Positions 28,896-39,400 of a DNA stretch of 64,000 nt are shown here, in pieces (within the stretch, counting starts at the first letter, position 1; each line of letters begins with the position of its first letter). Below the pieces are notes generated by a model. That model made no database searches, had not been told where the DNA came from, and saw only the letters and a program-made list of their open reading frames with translations. Source of the DNA: Candidatus Altimarinota bacterium. GTDB lineage: Bacteria > Patescibacteriota > Gracilibacteria > 1-14-2-50-48-13. A program made the translations under genes and the position numbers. The DNA is taken from contig JBKBWQ010000001.1 of NCBI GenBank assembly GCA_046314355.1, forward strand, positions 448,001-512,000. The letters run 5' to 3'.

Positions 28896-29432
28896 TTAAT
28901 TCTTTTTAAAGAAATTACCAAAGGCAGCACGGGAAGCAACGCGTACTGCTTTTTTTTGCGATGCAGCACGGAGAAAATCCGTCACTTGAGTACTCTCCCG
29001 GAGCAGTTCATCTATTTTTGCCTGAGATACGCCCCTCTTTCTTGCTTCTTCGATAAGCTTATTCGTATTTGCTTCAAAGTATTTCAGAGATTTCGTATTT
29101 GATTGGCTAAAGAGATCCGCAATATCTCCAATCACAGGTATAAATCCATACCCAAGGTCAATCGCCTGATGTTTAAATATTTTCCACATGTCAGCAGTGG
29201 AGAGCTTTGCTTTTTTTGCTTCGTAAAACAAGTATGCAGATGCAAGAATAGCAACTCCCGCATCTCCGACAGCTGGGATAAGACCTAGAAGAAAGTCCAC
29301 TCCCTTTTTATCCATGATATTTGCAAAAAGTCTTACTCTTTCCTCTGCACTCTTTGCATGAGCAATTTGTGTTAAAATTCTTTCATGTTCATGATCCCAG
29401 ATCTCTGGTGTAATAATTTCTTTATTAGACAT
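28896..29432 (-). CDS. DUF4112-like membrane protein
   Basis: Twin motifs GVDFLLGLIPAVGD and GFIPVIGDIAD. Confidence 0.8.
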   Translation of the reverse strand: MSNKEIITPEIWDHEHERILTQIAHAKSAEERVRLFANIMDKKGVDFLLGLIPAVGDAGVAILASAYLFYEAKKAKLSTADMWKIFKHQAIDLGYGFIPVIGDIADLFSQSNTKSLKYFEANTNKLIEEARKRGVSQAKIDELLRESTQVTDFLRAASQKKAVRVASRAAFGNFFKKN

Positions 29433-29468
29433 TTGACAGAAATTAATGATGTAGGGTAAAATATTATT

Positions 29469-29583
29469 GAAGGTAATGAATCACTTCAATTTGTCCTCTT
29501 ATCATTCGTCCGTCGGGATACATATGCCATATTACTTGGCCCCACGGCAATGGTAGGACAGAAGAGATTCTTACCTTCTTTTT
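29469..29583 (+). ncRNA. Candidate rod-shaped small RNA of about 110 nt
   Basis: Eight consecutive helices, 3' U-tract, upstream TTGACA-18-TAAAAT. Confidence 0.45.
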
Positions 29584-29594
29584 AATATGTCACT

Positions 29595-30194
29595 TTATAT
29601 CTTTCCGCTGAAAAAAGCAACGATTCGCTCAAAGAACTCATTGTGCTTTTTCTGCATACTTTTCAGTGAAGGTTCAAAAACAATAAGCGCAAGTGGGATA
29701 AGTATAACTGTAGTAAAACCTCCAAGAATAAGGAGTAAATCTCTCAGCCCAATTTGAAGGTTTACAAATTGCGTAATAATCGCAACTACAAGGGATATGA
29801 TAATTCCTACAATTAACCCGTAGACGAAGATTCCAGAAAGAACGTTCACAGATTCCTCTTCATCTTCTTCTTCCTTTCTCTCGCAATTCATAATATCAGC
29901 AAGCAAATCTGAAGAGACTACCACATATGAATTAGTCCTTTCATCAGGCTTAAGAGATTTAATTTGACCTATAAGATGATCCAGTTCATGAGTCTGCACC
30001 ATACTGACAAATTTAGTAAAATCTACACTCACTCGTGAAGCGATTGAAGCAATTTTTACGTCAGATTCTTTTAAAAGTCCCTGGAAAACCTCTCTAGGAT
30101 CTTTATCAATTAAATCTTGAAGTATCTCTTTAGTTTGCTGCTTTGTCCGATGCTGAGGTTGTGCATCATTTCGAAGATTGAGTTCGTCTGCCAT
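29595..30194 (-). CDS. Hypothetical membrane protein with two C-terminal TM helices
   Basis: Two long hydrophobic segments after an acidic linker; start uncertain. Confidence 0.75.
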   Translation of the reverse strand: MADELNLRNDAQPQHRTKQQTKEILQDLIDKDPREVFQGLLKESDVKIASIASRVSVDFTKFVSMVQTHELDHLIGQIKSLKPDERTNSYVVVSSDLLADIMNCERKEEEDEEESVNVLSGIFVYGLIVGIIISLVVAIITQFVNLQIGLRDLLLILGGFTTVILIPLALIVFEPSLKSMQKKHNEFFERIVAFFSGKI

Positions 30195-30334
30195 ATGAGG
30201 AAAGTACATTAAAAACACTGGAATAAGTTGAGACTAGACTACACTAAATCCCTCTCGAAGTGGATAGGATATGGAAGGATGCGCTTGACGAATGAAGGGA
30301 GTGACGGGACGTGATAAGGGGGAAGAAAGTAAAT

Positions 30335-30463
30335 GAGTAAGAGAGTAATTAAGTAACTGGGCTCACATCATTGGACTCCTATCATTGGGCTGCAATTATT
30401 GAGCTCAATTATTAGAGCCCAATGATTGTGCCCCAATTACTTATTTCCTTAATTACCGAGCCC
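30335..30463. repeat. Palindromic intergenic repeat, copy 2
   Basis: Core 30366-30401 is 35/36 identical to copy 1. Confidence 0.85.
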
Positions 30464-30468
30464 TTCTC

Positions 30469-30496
30469 TTGACATTCGCACGCTTTTTTTTATACT
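30469..30496 (+). promoter_or_regulatory. rpsT promoter
   Basis: TTGACA-16 nt-TATACT. Confidence 0.75.
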
Positions 30497-30539
30497 GTAT
30501 TGCGATTCCCCTCAATTTTATACGTCTTTTAAAAGAATT

Positions 30540-30830
30540 ATGCCTATTACATCGTCTGCCATTAAGAGTTTGAGAAAGAGCCGAAAAAATGAAATTAGAA
30601 ATACTGGATTTAAGAAGAAAATGAAAGATGCAATCAAAGCTCTTCAGAAGATGGTAAGCGGCGGAGAAGCCAAGACAGCGGACATTCAGAAGTCTGTATC
30701 TGGTACAGTATCTCTTATTGACCGAGCAGTAAAGAAAAACCTTATCCACAAGAATAAGGCAGGACGAAAGAAATCTCAGATTGCAAAACTTACATCTGAA
30801 AAGAAGGAGACAAAGAAAGCAAGTAAGTAA
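30540..30830 (+). CDS. rpsT: 30S ribosomal protein S20
   Basis: MPITSSAIKSLR...IDRAVKKNLIHKNKAGRKKS. Confidence 0.96.
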   Translation: MPITSSAIKSLRKSRKNEIRNTGFKKKMKDAIKALQKMVSGGEAKTADIQKSVSGTVSLIDRAVKKNLIHKNKAGRKKSQIAKLTSEKKETKKASK

Positions 30831-30852
30831 AAGAAGAAACGAGATTGTGATT

Positions 30853-30880
30853 AAAAAATCCGGGTAAACCCGGATTTTTT
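30853..30880. terminator. Bidirectional intrinsic terminator
   Basis: AAAAAATCCGGG-TAAA-CCCGGATTTTTT perfect stem. Confidence 0.9.
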
Positions 30881-30992
30881 AGAGTAAGAAAGTAATTGGG
30901 CTGACATTATTGGACTCCTATCATTAGGCTGCAATTATTGAGCTCAATTACTGAATTATGCGTACCCAATTATTGTGCCCAATTATCGAGCC
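30881..30992. repeat. Palindromic intergenic repeat, copy 3
   Basis: Core 30905-30940 is 35/36 identical to copy 1. Confidence 0.85.
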
Positions 30993-30995
30993 TCC

Positions 30996-33407
30996 TTACT
31001 TCACCGACACACTCTTCTTCGTCATCTGCACATTTCCATTCTTATCCTGTACTCTTAACGTCACATCATAGTTACCTGCTTTGTTGTATCTATGGACAGG
31101 TTTCACTTCATTTGCAGCAGTTCCATCTCCAAAGTCCCATCTGTAGCTAATAATCTTTCCTTTAGAAAGTGATCCGTCAAAGGTCATGGTTACTGGTGCC
31201 TGACCTGATTCAGGTGAGACTGTAAAGATAGGAAGAAGCTGTTCTTCAAGTACAGATATAGCCTGGGTTGTTTCTGTCTTTGTACCATCAGTGGTTCTCA
31301 CAGTAAGTTTTACAATGTAGTTTCCTGGTGACTGAAATTCATGAGTGATCTGAGCACCTGTAATTTGAGGTGCCGTTCCATCACCAAAGTCCCAAACATA
31401 GGATCCAATACTTCCCTTGGAATAGCTTGACCCTGATGCGTCAAAAGCAACTGCAAGAGGTGCTTCTCCAGCAAGAGGATCTGCATTGATGATAGCGGTA
31501 AGATCTTCAGCATTTACCTCAACATTCATTGTTGCCTCTGAGCTATTGCCAGCACTATCTGTAACCTGCAGTGTAAGTATAAAATTACCTGGTGTCTTAT
31601 AAATGAAACTTGCATCTTTACCTGTTTTATCAAACTTCTTATCTCCATCAAAATCCCACTTCCAGTCTACAATATCATTTTCAGGATCAGTAGAAAACGA
31701 TCCATCAAGAGTAAGGGAAAGAGGTATATTACCACGTATGACACTTGTCGAGTCAGAATCTAATGCACGAGGAAGGCTATCTGATTTTACCCGTATACGT
31801 GCAGTCGGAGCGCCCTTAGCAGTTTCAATTGAGATGAGCTGAGTAGTATCTGCAGTGGTACCTAGGTCAGTTTTAATACTAAGTTTTACGGTATATTTCC
31901 CTGCTTTTCTATAAATATGATCTGCATTCACTCCTGTGGATGTCGCTGAACCATCACCAAAATCCCACGTATATTCTACAATTCGTCCCTGAGGTGTAGT
32001 AGATTTTGCACCGGATAATTCCACAGTCAATGGTGATGTACCTGCGATAGGGTCGGCCTCTATAAACGCCTTCGGAAGCTGCGTGTCGGTCGCATCTACT
32101 TGGAAAATTTTAGTAGAAGTGGCGCCTTCTCCATTGATAGCCCGGACGGCAACCTTATATTTGCCGATTTGTTCAAAAGTACGGCTTTGTTTTGCTCCAG
32201 CAGCTTCAAAAGTGCCGTCATTATCCATATCCCATTCTAAGGAACGAATATCAACTCCATTGAGTGTATTCGATGCATCAAAGTCCACTTTAAATGGTAC
32301 TGGACCAGAGAGAATATCTGGAGTAGTTACGATCTTTAAGGTTGGTCTTATTTTTGTAAAAGTTAATGAGACTCCTCCATTTTCAGAACCTGGGCCATAG
32401 GTTTCTTCAAGAATTTCTCCTGCTTTTCTACCTTGGTACGGCTGCATGAATTCAATAGTTGCCTGCATTTTTACATTATATAAACCTCCATTAAATCCTT
32501 TATTGGTATAAGTATAATTTACTGTACGGCCAGTTCCTTCTGCTCCAGTATATTTACCATCCCCATCGAGATCCCATTGATATTTTTTTATACGGAAAAA
32601 ATCAGTCTCTGATGGGAGTACCTGATCTGACACAGTAAACTGTACTTCCATTGGTGCTTCTAGATCTATAGTAGAGAGTAATGGTTCAAACTCTCCCGTC
32701 GCTTCATTCTTATATGCTAGAATAATAGGAGTATTCTCTGCCTGTGTGATTGCTCTAGGAGCACGTATTGTTGAAAGAATAGCAACCCATGCAATGATAG
32801 AAAATATGACTACTACAAAGGATATGATCATTGCCCAGAAAGCGGTACGCTTCGTATGTTTTTCATCCTTCTTTGCTAAAAGCAGTCGAAATAGACTTAT
32901 AATAGCAATAATAAGGAAAATACCCGTAAAGAGCCCAAAGGATGTACTTACTAAAGTACTTAATATTCGAGGCATATCCTGCGTCGAAAGACCAAAACTG
33001 CTGAATATACTACTATTTGTGTTATACCCGAGAATCAATACTCCAACGAATAGGACAAAAAGAAAGGCAAAAAATCCAAAACATCCAGCAACTGCCCAAG
33101 GTCCACTGACCTTTCTTCCTTTGGCAACTGCAGTGTTTGCGATTTTTGTACCTGCAACTGGAGCAGCAGCAGGAGATGCAGCAGGAACAGTACCTGCTGC
33201 ATTAGTTTTTGGAACAACTCCGGGTGCGACAGGCGCAGGTTGCAGAAAAGAAGGAACATATACTGGCTGCTGCGGTTCTGGAATTGGAGCAGATACAGGA
33301 GCTTCAGCAGGCACCTCAGGATTTTGAGTAGGTGCTGCATCAGTATTTGGAACTGGATTTTCAGAAGGAAGAGTGTTTTTAGGCTGCTCTGGAATTTGAT
33401 CTGCCAT
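30996..33407 (-). CDS. PKD-repeat membrane protein
   Basis: Pro/Ala-rich N-terminus, three TM helices, six WD(F/L/M)(G/D)xG PKD-type motifs. Confidence 0.9.
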   Translation of the reverse strand: MADQIPEQPKNTLPSENPVPNTDAAPTQNPEVPAEAPVSAPIPEPQQPVYVPSFLQPAPVAPGVVPKTNAAGTVPAASPAAAPVAGTKIANTAVAKGRKVSGPWAVAGCFGFFAFLFVLFVGVLILGYNTNSSIFSSFGLSTQDMPRILSTLVSTSFGLFTGIFLIIAIISLFRLLLAKKDEKHTKRTAFWAMIISFVVVIFSIIAWVAILSTIRAPRAITQAENTPIILAYKNEATGEFEPLLSTIDLEAPMEVQFTVSDQVLPSETDFFRIKKYQWDLDGDGKYTGAEGTGRTVNYTYTNKGFNGGLYNVKMQATIEFMQPYQGRKAGEILEETYGPGSENGGVSLTFTKIRPTLKIVTTPDILSGPVPFKVDFDASNTLNGVDIRSLEWDMDNDGTFEAAGAKQSRTFEQIGKYKVAVRAINGEGATSTKIFQVDATDTQLPKAFIEADPIAGTSPLTVELSGAKSTTPQGRIVEYTWDFGDGSATSTGVNADHIYRKAGKYTVKLSIKTDLGTTADTTQLISIETAKGAPTARIRVKSDSLPRALDSDSTSVIRGNIPLSLTLDGSFSTDPENDIVDWKWDFDGDKKFDKTGKDASFIYKTPGNFILTLQVTDSAGNSSEATMNVEVNAEDLTAIINADPLAGEAPLAVAFDASGSSYSKGSIGSYVWDFGDGTAPQITGAQITHEFQSPGNYIVKLTVRTTDGTKTETTQAISVLEEQLLPIFTVSPESGQAPVTMTFDGSLSKGKIISYRWDFGDGTAANEVKPVHRYNKAGNYDVTLRVQDKNGNVQMTKKSVSVK

Positions 33408-33422
33408 AATTAGGAAAAGATA

Positions 33423-36400
33423 TTAGGTGTTTCTAGGAGGTTCTGGTTTTCTAGGTGCAGGCGGCTGCTGCTGACCAGAAGGCGGTAGAGGTTTTTTAGG
33501 CATCCCTGTACCAGTATTTGGTCTTTGTCCACGAGATTGTACCTGTTGCTGAGCAGTCTGTAAATTGCGCGGTATGTAAGGGCGTTGTGCATTAGCTCTT
33601 TGTTGAGGTAATACTCCTGGCGCAGTCTTCTTTACAGGCGGTTCCTGAGTTACCTTCTCAGTATTTTCCGCTGGCGGTTTTGCTAGATCAGCACCCGGTT
33701 CAAATGGAAGTATATTTACTTCTGCAAATGGATCAAAAACAGGAGTTTCCTCTGCATTTTCTGCATCTACTTTTTTGTCCTGTTCATCCTGGAGAGCTTC
33801 CATACCCTCGTTAAAGGATTCCTCTGAATCATTATTATTTGTCGCAGGATGATCTGGACTCAATTCAGGTGCAAGCTCAGGACTTTGCGGAACAGTGAGT
33901 GGGGTAAGATCTGACGGTGATACAGCAAATGGATCAAATAATGGAGCGGTCTCAGAGGAAGGTTCAGCATCAGTAAAAGTCTGACTTGGCGCTTCTGTAG
34001 AGATAGCTGGCTCAACTGGAGCATCTTGGATCTGAGGTGTCATCTGCAGCCATGATGGTGCAGTACCATCAGCAGGAGGAATCACACCATCATCATGATG
34101 ACGATCCTCATTCTGCTCTACTACCGCAGGCTTTTCTTCAACTACTTCCGCCTCAACTGGAGCAGAGACTGGAGCCTCCTCATGAGCTTCTGCATTTTTT
34201 GGAAGTCTTGGGAGAGCTTCTTCCGCATTTTCATTAAATAACTGCTCTTCACCATCTTTTTTTCTAAATCGTGCAAAGAACTTCTTTACCGCTTCTCTAA
34301 TATTGAGAATATACTCCTCAAAGTCCACATGCTCATCAGGATGTCTACCTTTATATATAAGGAAAGAAACATAGAACCCAACTCCCAACAGTAAGATGAG
34401 AATAATGATACCCAGAAGGACTTTTCCAATAGTAAGTAATACAGAGACAAAGCCGGATGGTTCACCCGTAGCTGGAGCTGGCAATTCTTCAAGAGGTGCC
34501 TGATTTTGGTTTGCATTTGAATTTTCTGGATTTATCTTTGCTGCCACATACGTATAGAAATCTCTAGTAACACCAGTATCTAATATTATTGGTGTCTTCT
34601 CAGGCTCATTGAGTTCACTACTCTTCTGGATCATGTCCTGCAGTTTAGCAGATGCTCCTTGAGCAGCTAAGAAATCTTTTTCTGAAGACGCTTTCAGAAG
34701 AGTATCAAAGGAAGCCTTTGCCGGTTCATAAATCTTTCTACCCTGAAGAATATCGAGCTCACGAGAGAGTTTATCTAAAGTGATCTCAGGTTTCACCGAA
34801 CCATAATCAATAGAAACATCTGTACGTCCAAGACCAATAAGCATTTCCTGTACTTTCTTTTGAGGCTCTGCATCGAGCTTAGACTCTGTCACAAGACGGG
34901 ATGTGAAAGATACTGCAGCATCTACCCGGTCAGGTTTTTTGCCATAAAAGTTCTTTATTTGGAGAAGCATTTCACGGATAACACTTCGTTCTGTCGTAGC
35001 AAGTGGTCGTGTAGCAGCTAAGATATCTTTAAGGATCTGATCTAGTTCTCTTGGTGCTGCACCATGTGTATTCTGGATTGTCAGATCGTTTTCCTGAATA
35101 ATCTTTATCTCATCTCCAACGACTGGGATAGCATACAGTTTAGATAAAAGTGATGCTCTATTCTCTTGCGAAAGAGATGGATGCTCAAGCAGAGAAAGAA
35201 GAAGACGTATATTTTTCAGTCGTTTCTCCATACTAAGTGTCTTATCTGTAACTAGTCTTTCAAGCAGAATATTTAATGCTTTCTTAAGTTCAGGATCAGT
35301 TACAACTGTATCAATAGAAGCCATCAGTGCTTCCTTCGCCCGCTGCATCTCACTAAAGAGATCGTCAGATGCTACAGGCTTGAGATCAGGGTTATTCTTC
35401 AGCTCTTCCTGACACATTCTCTGAAGTACATTATTCTGTCCTCGTACGTAGACTGGAGTACATTCCCGAAGTGCTTTAAAGTAATCCTGGAATGTTGGGT
35501 CATTTTCTAATGCCGTGATCATTTCCAGTTTCACACTTACTGGAAGTTTTTCTGAAGCCAAAATAGTCTTTTTGAGATTATCTAGTTCATGCGCTGCTTC
35601 AGAGACAGTCATTTTACCATTTTTAATACGGTCTATTGTATCATTGATAATCTTTTTCTCCGCAGCATAAGATGCCGCATTAGAAGTCTTTGTTACGCGG
35701 TCGATATCACTATGAGTTGTACGTGAGAAAGCCTCCACATATCCTCCTAGCTTTGCTTTTAAGTTAGTATATCTCGCATCTTGTTTACTGATGACTGTAT
35801 AAAGCTCATTTAATGCTTTTAGTGAGTTACCGGCAGGATCAGAACTCGTCGCAGCTTCTGATAAAGCTTTTTTATACTTATCAAGATATGGTTTAAATAT
35901 TGCGCCACCTTCAGCATCAAAGATAGCTTCAAGAGTTCCCACTGAGCCGTTAAGGGTAGAGACAATTTTTGCATCTACTTCCCGGGATTTATCCGCAAGT
36001 TCAGGAATAGTCGAAAGCCCCTTTCTCGCATCAGATACTTGAGAAAGCATAGTGATACTAGGAAATACCTGCTGTCTTTTCTGATCAATTTCTGTGACTA
36101 ATGATGCTCTACGTGAGAGATCTTCTGCGGAAGTAATAGGAATCGCATTTACTATTCCACGGGCATTTTTCAGTGCTGTATCTGCTTGTATGCTTAGGCT
36201 TGCAATCAGCTTCTCATAAAGTACAGGATCATTCGTAAGTCTCTTATCGTTGATCCATACTGAAAGCTGTTTCTCAAGCTGTGGAAGAAGTACGCTACTG
36301 TCTTTTGCAGCAAGAAGAGCATCGATTTCCTTATAATACGTATCCTTCTCAGAGGAACTAAGGGTGGTACTAGATTCTATACTTCTCTTCATTTCCTGCA

Positions 36401-39400
36401 GCCATCCGTTTAGTCCGGAGACGATAGTAGTATCCACTTTTGTTTTTTCAGCAGGAGGTATCCATGAAGCATTTGTTATAGAGTTCTTTAGGTCTTTTAA
36501 TGCTTTAAGTGTATTAGTAAGACCAGAATTTGTATTCAGATCATTCTCAAGATTCTTTGCAATAAGACCTCCCTGCCCTGCAACTTGCTTGAAGGTAGTA
36601 GATATCCGCTCCGATGCCTTATCTGAAATCTGGCTAATACTATTATTCACTTCCTTTGTAATCAGAGTTTTGACATCTGTCCCAATATTCTGCTGATTCA
36701 TGAGGCTCAATATAGCATCTTGGATCTTCTTTGCACGGGTTACAGGATCATCATTCTGATAACTTGACTGAAGTATATTTATTCGATCAAGAAGATCCTT
36801 TCTCTCAGCTTCAGAGAGAGTAGTAGTATTTCTAATGATTTCACTCACCTTTGTAACGAGAGTTTTCGTACTTGAATCAACATCGCTCTTTATCTGCTGC
36901 TTTGTAGAGTCAGGTATAAGTGTAGAGTTCATGATATCTTTGAGGATCTGCTCCATTTTAGTACTCTTCACATCCACACTTACAGTACTATTTTTTAGAC
37001 CCGCAAGTTCATTGAAGTATTTTGAGAGCAAAGTATTTCCAGTCTTTTCCGCATCTGTAAGAGCATTTACAAGACCAGCCTTGAGATTATCTACAGCATC
37101 TACTACCATTTTATTTTCAAGAGTTCTATCCACAGGAGCTACAGCCACAAAAGAGGCAATTTTGAGTAGCTGTGCCTTGTCTTCAGCACTTAATCCAGAG
37201 GTATTTATTTTTTTAAGAATTTGCTCAAAGGTATCAAGCCGTGCATCCGGACTTGTTTGAGAGTTTAGTGCTTCAAAAAGAGCCTTGAACTGATCATTAT
37301 AAAGGTTTTCATCTTTTCGTTTAAGATACTCTGCAATCACAGATGCATCACTTGAGTAAAGATTATAATCGTTACATGCAAGACGTGCCTCTCCATTCGC
37401 ATTCAGAACGAGTACAGTATTTGTACAACCTACAAGAGACGTTGGACCAACAATCTTATACCCAGAAACGTTCGCAGGTACTACTGGTGCACTTGGATTT
37501 GTAGCACTTGATGTCGTAATGTTCTGAATAAGTTTCTTGATCTCTTCGATATCTTTTGCTGTAGGAGCAGCAGGTTTGACAGAACCATCCTGATTTGAGT
37601 ATGCAGGCTGTGAGGTATTGATATTAGGATTTGTGGTTGGCACAGTGGTACCGCCAGGCAAGGTATGCACTGGAGGAACATCAGGAAGATCATCATCGTC
37701 AGTGGTAGTTCCATTCCCATTTGAGTTATTTATCTGAGCAACTATTGTATTCGTGTTTGGGTTAGCAGTAGTACCAGGAAGATATCCATTTGAAGGAGTT
37801 ACTACACCATTCTGATTTGTATTAAATGGTGTATACGGTAAAGCAGTATTCGTATTCCCGCCTCCTCCAACAATTGGAGTCGTCTGAGTATTTGAATTTC
37901 CATTACCAATAGTATTTGGATTAGTTCCATTATTGCTGTTCCCATTGCTAGTGTTCGGATTATTCGCAATCGTATTGGTATTACTATTCGTATAGTTATC
38001 TACCACCGCCTGCTCTGCTGGAGTAAGATCTGCAGGTACTTTTTTCACCTGGAATACGACATTATCCGTAGCGGTCTTTCCTTTATCATCGATACTTACT
38101 GACACTGCATATACACCGCATGTTGCAAAAGTATATGGTAAATTCAAGCCACTGTTCGTAATCGTTTTTGGAAGTTCACCTTGAGTATCAGAACATCCTC
38201 CAACCACAACTGAAGTTTTCTCAATCTTCCAAACATATTTTGCATCAGGTGATACAGGATCTCCTGTCATCAAAATAGCCTGAGCACTTAGATTTACGGG
38301 AGATGAGACAAGCCATGGGATAGTTTTTCCGCCATCTGGACCTCTAGGGCTAGATATTCTAATACTTGGCTCAGGTACCTGAGGAGTTTGGATAAAAAAA
38401 GCTTCAGAATAAAGAGTATATGACTTCTGGTTATCCGTAACAGCAGCATTTTCAAGATCTCCATCAAACACTTGGGCCCCTATCTGATACATAAATTTTG
38501 CTCCAGATGAACCATAAGGCATGATCGTAATATTTCTGCTTGCCACTTCCTGACTAATCTCACTCTGCATTTCCTTACCCTGTACTAGATAGAACCATCG
38601 GATTCTAGGTAAACCTGCCCGGTCAGGGTCTGCAAGATTTGTAAGTGTTGCTTTTACAGTTACAGGAGATGTAAGTGTTCCAAAGGGCTTTTCTACCATA
38701 AAAGAACTGTATGTAGGGAAAGTATTTTGTACTCTCACATACTTTGTAAGAGTGCTTGCTACGCCATTGTCTACTACTGTAAGTTTGATTTGCTGACATG
38801 ATTCTGCCAAAAGACTTAGGCTTTTAAATTGAATAACTTGTCTTTCCTGATTGCTGAAATTCGTATCTCCATCGATATTCCATGTAAAAGTATTATTACC
38901 ATCCACAGGCAGACCGTTATTTTTTACGGAATAGCTGCCGTCTAGTATATAATCCTGATTCTTTCTTACAAGATATCCCTCCATGTAGTCTCCTCCAACT
39001 TTACAAAGATTTGATATAGGTCTGAGAGAAATATTCCCAGAACTCTTTACTGCACTAATATCAAAGGCAGCAGCAGGATGTGAGTCATCTTTTATATATA
39101 CACTCTTACTTACTTTCGTCGGAATAGTTTTTCCTGTCTCATAGACAAAGAAATCTAGAATAAAATATCCTGACTGATTAAATTTAAATTCCTTTTGAAA
39201 TACCTGCAGACCTTCTGACATTGCAGGACCATCCATATTCGGGATTGACTGATTTACTCCACGAATAGAAATTCCTACTTTTTCCATAAATCTTCCTTTT
39301 ACCTGAGCGGTAAATATCTGACCTGCCTGGAAGATAATACCTGCATTGTCTGGGATCTGTTCCTTTTGTGCACCAAGGAAACTTACATCATATCCAAGCA

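Noticed and set aside
27921-30992. 36-nt repeated core as a CRISPR array
   Set aside because: Copies are 0.5-2.4 kb apart with genes between them; no spacer periodicity and no cas genes.
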